Origin: Camelus ferus
Taxonomy: Eukaryota
Assembly (NCBI RefSeq): GCF_009834535.1
Contig: NC_045697.1
Span: forward strand, 67,520,001-67,584,000
Length of the DNA: 64,000 nt
Direction: 5' to 3'
Positions within the stretch are counted from its first letter, which is position 1; each line of letters starts with the position of its first letter. A program made the translations under genes and the position numbers. The notes beneath the pieces were generated by a model that saw only the letters and a list, made by a program, of their open reading frames with translations, searched no databases and was not told the DNA's origin. This document shows positions 1 through 12,635 of the stretch, piece by piece.

Positions 1-780
1 GAAGAAAACTACTTGAAATTTTTCTAACAAAAACTAAGAGCAAATATATTAAATTGTAAAATGCTGAAATTACTTCAGTTAAAATTAAGAATACGACAGT
101 AACATCCTTATGACTAATATAGTTCATCATTGTAATGAAGGTCTTATTTAACAGAAAAATAAAAATTAAATAAATTGTATAAATATTGGACAGAGAATAT
201 AATTTTATTCCAAATTATATAATTACTTGATTCCACCAAGACCCTACTAAAATATTTTAGAATTAGGATAAATCTGTTTCCTTTATAAAAAATACATGTA
301 TTTTTATATGCACAAAGATCAGTAGCTATTTTGTATACTAGCATTAATCACTCAGATATAGAAACAAAAATGATTTTCATTCACAATAGTTTTTAAAAGT
401 ATTTGGATTAAGTGAACTATAAAATCATAGAAATTATAAATTCCCATAGCAGGAATTAAGTAGAATTTCCACAATGGAGAGACAGAACATATCTCTAGAA
501 AGGTAATGTCTTAAAGTTGTGAAAACTTCATAAATTGTTATAGAGTTAATATAATTCCGATCAGTATTCTGGTGGTATATTTCAGACTTGAACATCTAAG
601 TTGCTGTAATAACCAAGAATAATTAGAAAATGTATAGTGGCAGTGATTTACAAAATACTATTACTTACTATACAGGTACTCTATTACAAATAGTATATTG
701 GAACAAAATAACTTCCATTAGTAGAGTCAACACCGTGGGAACTTAGGGCATTATTTTCATTTGATGGGAGTGAATGATTT
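1..780 (+). mobile_element. Old LINE-1 (L1ME-like) ORF2 fragment, highly diverged
   Basis: A-rich plus strand. Degenerate matches to the L1 ORF2 RT region (e.g. 'caaagatcagtagctattttgtatactagcattaatcactcagatatagaaa', 'aaattgttatagagttaatataattccgatc'). No ORF. Confidence 0.65.
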
Positions 781-921
781 CTGGTTACAACAGTGTCAGA
801 CTTCATGTCTACAATAAAGACATAAAGAAATACATAAAATATGACAAGAGGAAACTAAGAAGACATAGTTCTTCTCAAAACCAAATAAATATCTCTATCT
901 ATTAGAAACTGGGAAAAAAAT

Positions 922-1445
922 TCCTGTTTATCAATATGGCAGCTGGCAGAGGAGGTGGGAAGTTTCTAATGGGAGCACCTGTTGCTTTGTGCAGAAGAAG
1001 CTTCTGCCATACTGTCCACCACAGTGTGTGTGCTAGTTCTTATTAAAATACCTCTGTAGGCACAGGGATCCAGAGGGACTGTAGAGTCAACATCCTCAGG
1101 TGCATCCTGCCAGATGTGTCCATTCCTATTTCCAGGATTCCAGGGTCTTTCCTAGCAGGATAGAGACCTGCTTTGGTTGAGATTTCATCTGCGGAGCTTT
1201 GAAGCTCTCAAAATTAGACCGTCAGGCCACCTTTCATTACGTCCACCTTTCGACTAAGGTGATGAAGGTCTCTTTATAAGCTACCACGTGGGCTTTCTGC
1301 TTTTCAAACTTAACAGTTAACTGCTAGTTAGAAACTCTCATTGTCTCCTTTTCCTTGCAGAGCATCAACACAACCTCGTGGTAACTGGGCAACTCTACTG
1401 TCTTGGTCAGCATTGTTCTCACTGTATTTTCCTGCTTAGACAGCG
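922..1445 (-). mobile_element. ERVL-class gag N-terminal segment, inverted relative to the rest of the element
   Basis: Reverse strand gives broken gag-like peptides 'MRVSN*QLTVKFEKQKAHVVAYKETFIT' and 'WNPGNRNGHIWQDAPED' (cf. ERVL gag GKEWDPxTWNGDxWEDP). These are homologous to 57600-57830 on the plus strand of the second ERVL. Confidence 0.75.
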
Positions 1446-1455
1446 TTCTCTTGTT

Positions 1456-3930
1456 TTGATAGACAGGATCAAATCCCATCTCAACACAACTGGTGACATG
1501 TTGGCATTGACAAAGGAGAAAAGAGACTATACATCTGTAGAATTATAATTACTAGCTGGCAGGTACCAACAGGAGCCAGGAAAGTACTCTGAAACTGGAT
1601 GTTAAGAGTGCTTGATCAAAAGACTTGATAGAATGATAGTCTGGAAAGCAAAATTCATTGACTTGGGGACTGCTTTCTCTGACAGGGGATTTAACACCCT
1701 GACAAAAACTTCAGGGGACAGGTTAAATTCACTGCTGGGTGGCTCTTGGAAACCTGGGATAAGTAATGGCCAACTCTCAGTGAAACAGTGGTGCCTGAGT
1801 TTCCCTAGCAGAGCCTAAAGGGAGGAAAATAAAGGCTGAGGGAAGTAAGTGGTAATGCTTACTTATTAGGTTCAGTCAGTTATATTAGATGAAGCCAGAA
1901 GATCCCTTAGAGGAGTGTGCTCCATGAGAGGACCCATCAAGAATGTGGTGATGAGTTGGGGCACCCCACCAACATCATTAAGAAGTTCAATGATGGCTGT
2001 TCTCTATAGGCCAGGCATGAGGGTAGGAGAGGCATTCATACAACTGAGCTCATGAACGTCTTTGGGGATGAAGGACCGTGCAGAAGTCACAGAGGCCAAA
2101 TGGCAGTGCTTAATCACTAGAATCTAGGATCCTGCAGTTACCATAATATGGGCAAGGTAGGAGGAGAAGACAATAGAGATTGCCCTTTTGGAAGGTCAAT
2201 AAGAAGTTGTAGGAAGTTTTAGAGGTGGATAATAGAGTATTGGATCCTTGGAAGTAAAACAGATGGGTGACCAAAAGGGGTTAAATTGCTGCTTAAAATC
2301 TGTAACATCAAAATGAATCAAGAATGTTGAAGCAGGAGAATAAAAATGGTCAACCAAAGAAAAAGTCACTATCCTTTGCTCAGTTCCAAGATCTGAGCCA
2401 ATTTTCAGAACCAAGATCCACTGGTTGAAGAGATGGCTACTTCTCTAGGAGGAGGGACCCTGAAACACCATGACAAATATATATTGTCATGATTCATCCA
2501 GTCCTTCCAAAAGGAGCCATTTACTCAGGCTACTGTACAGTGCAAACAGGAAATAACCAGACATTTTGAAGACTATTGGACATAGGGTCTGGGTTGACAC
2601 TGATACTTTAAGACCCAAGCCTCATCATAGTCTCCTTGTCATTGCGGGGAGCTTTAGCAGTCAGGTAATAAGGGGGTCCTGGCTAAAGTCTGGCCCCCAG
2701 TGGGCCTACCTGCCCCAGACACATTGGATGATCAATCTCCCAGTCACTGTTTGCATAATTGGCAGTTGAAACAACTCCTACATTGGGTCTTTCATCTGTA
2801 GAATAAGAACTAACAGTGGTGAAGGCCAAGTGGAAACTTCTGAAAAGTACCCTCCTCTGCTTGCCTGACACTCAGGATAGTAAATCAAAACTGATACCAC
2901 ATCCCTGGAGAAATAGTGGAGATTGGTGCCACTGTTGAAGACATCAAACATGTAGGGGGTGGTGGATGTTACCATATCTGTTTAATTCTGGCTTCTGAAG
3001 AAATCAAAGTTATCCTAGAGAATGACTACAGACCACATCTCAGGTAGAGCCAGGTCGCAGCCCCAGTCACAGCTGCTGTGTTGGACATGGTATTACTACT
3101 AGAGTAAATTAATAAAACCTCAGTCATTCTGTTTCATTCCAATTAGAAAGGAGGTTTAGGAATAGTTTGCTTTCACATGGGCATAGAAAAGTATTCTTTA
3201 AAATTTGACGTCAGGTTAGCTTCCCTGCCTTCTGTCATTGTATGATACAGTGAGATCTGAGTGATCTGGACATCTTGTAGAACAGCATTCTTATCCATTA
3301 CCTTGACAATGTGATGCTGACTGAAAAGGATAAGTAAGAAGTGGCTACCATACTGGAAACATTAGTGAGATACATGTGCTCCAGATGGCTGGATGTAAAT
3401 CCTACAAAGATTCAGTAGCTGGCCAATTCAGTGACATTTTTAGGGGTCAAGTGGTCAGGGGCATATGGGATATCTCCTCCAAGGTAACAAATGGCTGCAT
3501 CTTGCATCCCTGACCACAGAGAAAGCAGAGCATTGTTTGGTAGCCATTTGGGGATCTTGAGGCAACACTTTCCAGACCTATAAACCTATAAGCCAGGTGA
3601 CACAGACGGCTGCCAACTTTCTGGAGCAGGAGCATAGTGTAGTAAATCCAGGTTAGGTACAATAAGTCCTACTGCTTGAACCTTATCTTCTATCTAGTAG
3701 ACTCTATGGGGTTGGAGGTGTCAATGGGAGGACTTGACCCAGTATGCAGTTTATGACAAATTCTAGGGAGAAAATCATTATGCAGTTGCCTAAGGAATCA
3801 GAAACAAGGCCATGCCATCAACAAGAGAGGATTACACTTTCTTTGAGAAACAAAAGCCTGTTGTCTAATCCTGGCAGAGATGAAATTCTTGACACCAGGG
3901 TAAGTTATCATATACCTAGATCCACTCATT
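1456..3930 (+). mobile_element. Degraded ERVL-class (HERV16/ERV3-16A3-like) internal gag-pro-pol fragment, no LTRs
   Basis: Gag 'AKFIDLGTAFSDRGFNTL' (ORF 1612-1818); retropepsin motif LLDIGSGLTLI at 2573-2605; RT '*RMTTD' at 3016; 'APVTAAVLDMVLLLE'; 'FAFTW'; active-site remnant HYLDNVML at 3296-3319; 'VNPTKIQ...VTFLGVKWSG'. Many stops and frameshifts. Confidence 0.9.
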
Positions 3931-3939
3931 TTGTTTTTA

Positions 3940-4025
3940 TTATTTATTTTTTTATTGAAGCACAGGCGATTTCCAATGTTGTGTTAATTTCTGGTGTACA
4001 GCATAGTGAGATACATATATATATT
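3940..4025 (-). mobile_element. Short L1 3' tail (cetartiodactyl/camelid type)
   Basis: T-run followed by 'ttattgaagcacaggcgatttccaatgttgtgttaatttctggtgtacagcatagtga', the antisense of an L1 3' terminus. Confidence 0.75.
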
Positions 4026-4042
4026 GAATTCATTCTCTGGCT

Positions 4043-4215
4043 GAGCAGTGGTTTACTAAAGTGTGAGAGTAAGGAGCAGAAGAGGCTGAGTAGACCTGGA
4101 AGGATCCTACCTAAAAGCACTTAAGCTTTAAGGTTTTAGTAGCACTTAGCTGACCAATTAAAACAAGTCCAGCGGGTAAATCTAGTTAGTGGACTATTGG
4201 TTTGTAACCTCTGAG
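4043..4215. mobile_element. hAT-Charlie MITE remnant (MER58-like)
   Basis: Ends 'cagtggtttactaaa' and 'tttgtaacctctg' resemble MER58/Charlie terminal inverted repeats. Confidence 0.35.
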
Positions 4216-6376
4216 TGATGTAAAGTAAAAAGTGATTTCTCATGGTAATAACCTGTGAGACGATGAGATTTCCAGTGAATAATAAGGGCAACTGATGACA
4301 TACAGAACACAATTAACCAGCATTGACTGAAATCTTACAGCCAAGGTCTGACAAAAGGCTGAATCAAGTTTGCCTTAGCCTCAAGGAATTTAGACAAGAA
4401 GACAAAACATGTGCCTAAGAAATAGAATAAAAATAATTGCAGTATTTTACATAATTAAATGCAAGGTACAACAAGATAGGCTCAAAATATATGTGCCAGA
4501 GTTGCCTGATTCAGGCAGTGATTAGAGAATTGGACACCTTAAGGCTGGAAAACAAATGTTTGTTCTGTATTCTTCACAAAGTCTGAACCCAGGGGCTGAG
4601 GAATAATTATAACAACTCTTAATTATTTTCAGTTAGGCTTGGGAGAGCACCAATCAAAACAGAAATTTTAGATACATCTTAGGTATTAGGGGAAAAAAAT
4701 GGCACCTCTGCCTCTCAGAACACTGTTTTTTTCACTATCAGAAACTGAGCACATGATGTCCAGCCACCTCTCTGCAGGATAAGCCAGTGGTGTTTTGGGA
4801 ACCATTCTCTGAAGTGTAAACTTTGGTTTAAAATGCTTATAAATGTCATATAAAAAGGCAAGCTACCCAGTGCAATTTTGGCTAAAATTCTCCCTGAAAG
4901 TCGGAGATGACTCATTGTCCGCTTGCTAACAATGCATCTTTGTAAAAAACCAACCAAACAAACAAACAAAAAAACACTTTAAAATAAAGTGAAGCTATAA
5001 AGAGAAAAGTAAATAATTAGTTTTAAAAAACTACAAAGAAATTTACCTGATTTAATAGTACTTGAGCAATACTTATTTTTTAATAAGTTGAGAGTTTTGT
5101 TTTTATTTTCCAGATTGCAAACTCAGGAAAAGAAAAAAAATGAATAAAAAGATATCTGCAAGGTGCTCATTCAAATATGAGAAAATATAACAAAAGTAAG
5201 TTAGTGTGACTATTAAGAGAGTAAATAATAGATCTAAAAAGTTCTTATGGATACAGAACATCAATGAAGGGAGATTCTTGTTTGCACAAGTGCCTCCAAA
5301 ATAAGGCATGAAAAATAAAACATCCTTTTGTACTTTAAAATGTATGACAAATGCTGATTAAATTCACCCTGAGAGCACATCAATTTGAAAAGAGAATTAT
5401 AAATGTACATGCCACTGGGTGCTCTCTGCAAGCGGAGTATATGCGGTAGGGGGTGGGGAGGGAGGGTATCTATTTAAATACTGTGTTAGCACTGGCACAT
5501 TTAGAATGAGAACAAAACTGGATGAAAATTGGAATAACATTGGCCTTCTGGAGGGTTAGGGAGGCTGTCTCTGCAGCAGGTTGGCAATTTGTCACATCAG
5601 CTCCTTCATGAACTATCAACCTCATTACCATGGTTCACTGCACAGCTGGCCCTTGGGAGTCTAATACTAATAGCGTTTGGAGGGTGATGAGGCTTGTGGT
5701 CTCAACTACTTCATTATTGATTCACTTAAAAATATCCACCTACATATTCAAATAAAACAGGTAATCCATTAGAGAGGGAGAAACACTAAAACACATCTAA
5801 AATCAATGGAAGTAGGGGGAACAAAAAACAAAAAAGGGATATAGGTAGTAATAACATTGTAAAAGCAAGTCTTCTTGGAAAGATAGAGGGTGAATAATTT
5901 TGTGTGACAGCTACCATTTGTTTATTCTGTTGTGTGGGGCCATGTATCAACCAGTAACAGCTATAACTGTACATTAAGTAGGGCTACTAAACGAAATAGG
6001 TCTCGGGAATATATTTAAGATGCTGCAAAGACACAAAGAGCAAGGGTGTTTGAAGGGCATGCATTTAACCAACAAAAAAAAAAAATATAGTGAGACTCTT
6101 TTCAAAGACTTTAGTCAGAAAAGAGAAGAATGGTTCATTTCTAAAGCTCTAAGGTGACAGGGAACATATGGAAATATATTGATACATTAGTAAATATTAA
6201 ACAATTTCTTTTTGTGTAAATTCCCCAAATCAAAACATTTACTAGAGATCCATCTATGCAGGAAAAACAAAAAAACAATAACTGACCTGTTAATAGTGAC
6301 CGTCTGGTCACTTAAGATTCTCTTCTTATCCAGCAGCAATGGATTTTTACTACATTGATTGCTTTAAGCTTTGAAA

Positions 6377-6403
6377 GTGTGTGTGTGTGTGTATATATAT
6401 ATA

Positions 6404-6488
<85 letters not shown>
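6377..6488. repeat. Compound microsatellite (TG)n(TA)n(TG)n(TA)n(TG)n
   Basis: Directly visible alternating TG and TA tracts. Confidence 0.98.
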
Positions 6489-6491
<3 letters not shown>

Positions 6492-6616
6492 AATGCTAGG
6501 TTTCCTCTGTGTTTTATATTTATTGATTGATTGAAAAAGCAAAAAATACATAAGCAACAACACTTGTCAGAAAGGTTGATATACACTAACATATTTCAAG
6601 TACTTGCAGACTTTAG

Positions 6617-6795
6617 ATAGTACTGTTCAACACAGCAGCACAAACTTCATGAGGTTAACTTAACTTTATTAAAGTTAAATAAAATTTAAAATTCAGTTTC
6701 TCAGCTACTCAAGCCACATCAAATAGTCAATATATGTGATGTGTGGCAACTCTATCACATAGCAGAAACATAGAACAGTTCCATCAATAAAGCCT
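6617..6795. mobile_element. MER3-like hAT-Charlie MITE
   Basis: 'aaataaaatttaaaattcagtttctcagctactcaagccacatc...catagaacagttccatca' matches the MER3 core as recalled. Confidence 0.7.
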
Positions 6796-8229
6796 CAAAT
6801 AATATATCTTAAAACAAATTCAAAGTAGATTAAAATACACAGAAAATTAAATTTTTCATAAAGTTACATTTTTTCTGGCATCAGTCACTCAATGTATTTT
6901 CGACACCATCATCTAAAAATATTTTGCATTTAACACATATATTTAAACTGCTCTTGGTGAACATTTGTAAAATGACTAAAATACGGTTCTCAGATTTGAT
7001 CATGCAAATGTCCTTTTTCACATGGAAATGTGGATTGAGGCAACTAAAAATTTTGATAGAAGTAGGGAATCTTTTGTTATAATTGCAATTATAAATAGTT
7101 TTATTACCACTCATAACAAATGTGACTAAATAAGGCAGGGTGGAATTTCTAGCTATAAAGTGCCAGCTGCTGAAAATCATTAGACTTTTCAATACTTTAA
7201 GGTACACACACACACAAAAAAATCTGAAAATGTTTAAAAGCAGAGCCATCCTAAATTTGAAAGTCAATTAAAATGTGTTTTAGCACAGAGCTTTATAACA
7301 TGTTCCTGTTTCTAAGGTCATTTCTTGGAAGAACAAACTAGTGAGATAAAGTGTGAATGAGGCCCCCACACAAGGATGTGAAGCTAATCTTTTCTGATCT
7401 TCTTAGAGATTTCTGTTAACTTTTCTTTTTATAGGCTTTTTGTCATGTGGCGTGTGTATGCATGTGTGCATACACATGTGTTTTAAGATAAGGCATACCC
7501 ATATTTCAGGCACAAAAAGAATAGAAGTTTTGAAACAGTGTGAAACGTGGTTCAGCATAGCTGGAGGCTACCTGAAATCTTAGGAGGATTTCGATAAAAA
7601 TATTTCCAGCTCAGTTTGACAGAATTCCGAAGATGGAAATTGCATCAGAACTTTTGAACCTGAGGCTTTGTTTCCTCTGACTGCCGGGTTTGGGGCTGCA
7701 ATAGGCTTAAAGAAAAAGTATTCACCACATCCAAAATAGCTTGTTTCTGTATGTCACATTTTTTCTCATTCTTAATCACTGCTGCTTGTGATTTCTTGGA
7801 ATCTCTTTTCCTTGATAATTCCTTAGGTTGAAATATCTTTCCTTTACTAACATCACTGCTGAAAGAGATCTAGAAGGCCTGCTGCATGTGGTTACTGTTT
7901 CATAGTGTTCCATTTCCTCTATTGTTCCCCATTTCTTTGGTAAATAATAAAGTCTTTAGATTAGCATTTATGATTTTCCTTAATCTTTGTCCAAGTTCAC
8001 AATTCTCCCTTATTAATCCTCTCCTTCAGTCAGACTAATCTAATCATTGTTTCTCTTAAGTCCTGAATTCTTCATACCACTTTCCCATTAGAGGGGCTGT
8101 CTGGAATGTTCTCCCCTCTAAAAATAAGACATCATCCTTAAAAATCCCATAAAATTTCCATGACGCATTATCATTGTAATTAACACTCCTTTCTGTGTTC
8201 TCAAAGACTGCAAAACACAACGTTTAAGG

Positions 8230-8436
8230 AGATTACAGGTCAGACTGCCCACGCTCTTCACCAGTCTGGGCTAATCATTAGCTATATGACGGGCAAGTAT
8301 TTCAGTCTCTTCAGGGCATCAGTCAGATTCATTAACAACATAATTTCAAACTCTAGGGATAATTGTGAAGAATTATTAATAATCATGTAAAACTCAGTGA
8401 CCACATTATGAACACTCAAAAAATATTAACTATTAT
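8230..8436 (+). mobile_element. MIR SINE
   Basis: 'tagctatatgacgggcaagtattt...ttgtgaagaatta...cactcaaaaaatattaactattat' corresponds to the MIR core and 3' tail. Confidence 0.65.
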
Positions 8437-8799
8437 GGCTGTTTAGCATCTTGTCACAGGCTCCCTGTGACAGTTCTCTTTCCTAACCAATTGGAATGGA
8501 AACTACTTGAAAGCAACAATTTTTTATTATTAGTGAGATCATTTCTTTCCTCATAATATCTAGTGCAATAATAGGTACCTTTTAGCTACTAACAGCTGTC
8601 ATATCCAGTGAGTATGTTTTAAAGTATATTGTATATTTAAAAACTCTTTTAATTATGGAGCTCTAAAACAAGGTACATAAGGAAAATATAATCACTTCCA
8701 AATGTCAAAAGATTACTTCTTATTCATGTGGTAGCAAATCAGAGCTTGAGAAGTAATTTTAAAACTTTAAGAACAATAGTAGTAAAAATGTCTAAAAGT

Positions 8800-9075
8800 T
8801 AAGTTCAAGACTCATTTTTATAATAAGAAAAAGTAGCAATGTTTGTAGTTGCTGTAATTAAATACTATGAAGCAGAAGCAGTGGTATAACTTTGTTAAAG
8901 GAGACAGAATTTTAACTATTTATAGACAATATGATTTTCTATTTGACATTCTCAAAGAACAGAGTTAATAAAAGAGTTTAATAAAGTGGCTAGATACAAG
9001 ATAAATATTCATAACCCAATAATTTTCACATGTAACAGCAGTAACCAATTAGAAAATATAATGGGAGAAAACAGT
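8800..9075 (+). mobile_element. Old L1 ORF2 fragment
   Basis: 'tatttatagacaatatgatt' (degenerate LFADDMI) and 'gagtttaataaagtggctagatacaagataaat' (EFxKVAGYKIN-like). Confidence 0.7.
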
Positions 9076-9559
9076 CAAAAAATAATGCATCTGTTATGCA
9101 TCAGAAGTTATTTCAATCTACTGAAATTGTGATGTTCTACTTTCTATCACAAAAAAATAGAAATTTGCCAAAAATATCATGAGTATATTTTATTCTGTTA
9201 ATATAAAATAATAGTGGTTAAAAAGGAAGGTAGAGTTAATATTGATCATTCAAAGAAGAATGAGTTGATTTTGTAACTTCTGCATTGTTGTCATTCTCTA
9301 AAGCATGATTCTCCAAAAGGCTCAGAGTAATCCAGTATATAACAGGGATAGTAAACTTTGTTTAAACTAATTAAAAATTCAAAACTTTATGTAATATCTC
9401 TCTGCACACATTATTATATCCGCACATTTTTGAATACTGTTACTTCTTTACGTGCATTTACCTCCCATATCTGTAATACTAGCAAATGGACTTTTTCTCT
9501 TCACAAAAACAAAATAAGCTTTTGTGCTATTATTTATTTCTATGTCCAATTCCACCTTC

Positions 9560-10130
9560 TATACTCTTTCTGTGATGCTGAAGCTGGGTCTCTTCAAATT
9601 CTTCTTTTTTTTTAGCTGAAATATAGTCAGTTTACAATGTGTGTCAGTTTCTGGTGCACAGCATAATGTTTCAGTCATACATATACATACATATATTCAT
9701 TTCATATTATTTTTAATTATAGGTTACTATAAGATATTGAATATAGTTCCCTATGTTGTACAGTATAAACTTGTTTATTTTATATATAGTAGTTCTTATC
9801 TGCAAATCTTGAGCTCCCAGGTTATCCCTTCCCACCCCCTTCTCCCCTGGTAACCATAAGTTTGCTTTCTCTGTCTGTGAGTCTGTTTCTGTTTTCTACA
9901 AATTCTTCTTCCTGGACTCCTAATTAGGTAGTGGGTAGGAAGCACAGGCTATAGATTGAGGGTGGGAAGGTTCTTTCTTCGTAGTCCAGCTTCTGTCATT
10001 GGCTCTTCTGCAGCAAAGGACAGCTATGATACAAACCTCTAAAGTCTTTGGCATGCCCAGCCATGACCACTCAGACATACTGGCACCAGCTGGCTGCACC
10101 CACCTTGACAACTCAAGTGCTGATTGCACT
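9560..10130. mobile_element. Old ERVL-class LTR (LTR33/LTR41-like), interrupted by a young L1
   Basis: More GC-rich than the flanks. 'ctgtgatgctgaagctgggtctcttcaaa' reads on across the L1 TSD into 'ctaattagg...gagggtgggaagg'. Confidence 0.4.
9607..9898 (-). mobile_element. 5'-truncated young L1 3' end (camelid-like) with 12-bp TSD
   Basis: Poly-T then 'gaaatatagtcagtttacaatgtgtgtcagtttctggtgcacagcataatg...taaccataagtttgctttctctgtctgtgagtctgtttctg'. TSD caaattcttctt at 9595-9606 and 9899-9910. Confidence 0.9.
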
Positions 10131-12174
10131 ACACCCCATTTGTGTTTAATAATGATCTCTCAGAAAAATTACAAGCTACTTTAGTCCATGGGCTTTAGTG
10201 ATCACTTGGATAATAAAATAGAGCTGTTGAAATTTCAAGTATCTATTGTATTCCAAAGATGTTTGAATTATGAGTGCTATGTTTCCTTCCACATTTAGGA
10301 AACAAATATAATACATTTAACTAATATTTCTAATAGATTCTTATATTATCAAATAAAAGTAATTCAAATAACAACTGTAATATGTAACCAGAAATACATT
10401 TCCACCAAGGTTTTAAAATGTAAATGTCTTTGAACTGAATCTGAAAAATTAGGAACAGTAAATAATCACATATATACCATCACTTACATATTTCTAAGCA
10501 GAGAAGAGACTTGTGAATCCCCACAGACTTTCAGCTATATGTCAGCTTTGTTTTTTAAGACCTAACTTTATCTCTCTTTTATATTTTGTATTTCACCTAA
10601 GACTAGAGACCTCATCCATCTTTCTGTCATTCATCTTATTCCTTGCCTAATTTACCTCAAACCCTTATCCTCCCAACTATTCATGTATCCTTTCTCTCTT
10701 CACAGAATTGCTGATAATGATAAATGATTCAAATAACTTGAAATATTTTATATATTGTACCTCTCCTATTTACATACAAAAGATGAAATTGCTTCTCAAC
10801 CCATAAGAACATTTTTACTAAAATGAAACTGGTTTGAAGATGTTTTGTCTTTGATTGAGGTAGATAATAAGGGTTTAATAATTCAGAATAGCAGATAATT
10901 TCCCAAAATATGTATATTTTGGCCTGTGAGTGCATTTTCTATTTATCTTAAAATGTGAATGTATATGTTGTTCTGCTAATATATAATCTTTCAAAAATAA
11001 AAAGAATAAAAACAATAGTGTGAAAAATCAGTTTAGAAGGAAATGGAAAGTTATCTCTATCTTGCTTAACCCAGTTCTATCTTTTCCTTCCATCATGCAG
11101 GTGGAGAAATGATGTTGCATTCATAACCTGGAAGATTCATAGTAGCATTTGCCTTTTCCCTGTATTTCCTTGGAGAGTGGAGAATTTACTGGGGCAAAAG
11201 GCAAAATGGAAAAGATAAAATAGCAGTCTCTTTAATTCTTCTATTTTGTGCCTTTTTTTGAATAGAGACCCTCCCTTAGAATAAGACCAGCATGAATTGT
11301 TAAAGAAAACAAAAAAAAATTTTTTTGAGAGTTTAAGATTGTGCTTGGAATTCTGAATTTAAAATAGATCATCTATTTATATACAATTGAGAAATGGCTA
11401 GAATTTCAATCTTGTTTCATTTCAGAGTGGTCAAAACCAATTGGGGTAAATACATAATAACGAAGAACAGTTTTGATAGTGATGTATAAGATTGTCTTTA
11501 CCACACTGAAATGTTAAAACATAATATGACTTTTAGAGCTCTCTAATATTAGTTTTTCTCTGTGTTTCAAGCTTATGGATGTTCCCAAATGAATAGTCTA
11601 TTGTTTGGCTACACAAAGGGGACCGTTCCATTTGACCCCTGAGGTGATCAGTCGAAGCCTCAAGTGGGAGAGTTCATTACCTGAAGCTTGACGTGAATAA
11701 TAATGAATGCCATTAGTCATCATAAAATTTTCCAACAGCTTTCAAAATTCAAGCCACAATATTTGATTCAGTGACCTCTTGTGACAATCAACCCCACAGG
11801 CTAACTGTGTACTGTGTACTGTGTAATGAAAGATATTTTTTTTCATTTATTCCATATGAATATACCATTAATTTCACATGCACTTGAGAACAATATACAC
11901 ATAATACAAACTGTTAGAACTATCCAGGTATTTTCTGGATATACAGTCTTGATGGAATATAAAATAATATTGTTGTATCCTGAAACATTTTTTAATAGGA
12001 AAATTATTTTATTACCTATGGGCTAGGATCAAGTTTCCTTAGCGTTCAAAATAGACCTTACATAGACACTATATATATGTGACAGTAAGACTCCATTTTA
12101 TGATTTACAAATTGGTATAAAGTTATAAGGGTTATCATTTTCACAAAATATGAGCAAAAGTTTTGCAACCAAGA

Positions 12175-12635
12175 CATGATAGCATTGACTACATTTGACA
12201 AGTGTTCAGTCTTTTCCTCTCCTACTGTAGAGTGTACTTCCCTGTTCCATTGATGTTGGGCTTGGCCACATGACTTGCTTTGGCCAATGGGGGGATTGGC
12301 AAAGGTGACACAAGCATCATTCTCAAATGTGCTTGTCTGGTACGGCTTGGTTGTTATGCTCCAGTGATCTACCATAAGAAGAGCAGGCTCTAGGGAACCA
12401 CTACCCTTCATTTAAGACTCAGACAAGCACATGTGGAACTGAGCTGAACTGAACTGCAGTTGAGCCAAACTGAACTGAGCTTCAGCCTAAACCAAAGCTA
12501 CCCAACCTACCCTGTCTAGATGGGTTAGATTGCTATCAAACTGCAAACCCCTAAACATGAGAATTTGTTGTAAGCCACTGAGTTTTGGGGTGATTTGTTA
12601 TACAGCATTATTGAAGCAAAAAACTGACAGATAAA
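12175..12635 (+). mobile_element. MaLR solo LTR (MLT1H-like)
   Basis: 'ttggccacatgacttgctttggccaatgg' and the terminal 'gtaagccactgagttttggggtgatttgttatacagcatt' are typical MLT1 motifs. Confidence 0.85.

Noticed and set aside
721..1092. 12-bp direct repeat gtagagtcaaca at 721 and 1081 as a TSD
   Set aside because: The second copy lies inside continuous inverted gag sequence and does not bound any element; probably chance.
1456..3930. Domesticated ERVL gag (Fv1-like) or an intact pol
   Set aside because: Frequent stops and frameshifts; YxDD has decayed to YLDN. The second copy is equally broken (protease D lost, YIGY).
5455..5480. 'gggagggtat' resembling the start of a camelid tRNA-derived SINE
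   Set aside because: No A-box/B-box continuation and no A-tail follows.
12435..12482. GAGCT/GAACT pentamers resembling an immunoglobulin switch region
   Set aside because: Under 50 bp and inside an MLT1H LTR; switch regions are kilobases long and G-rich.
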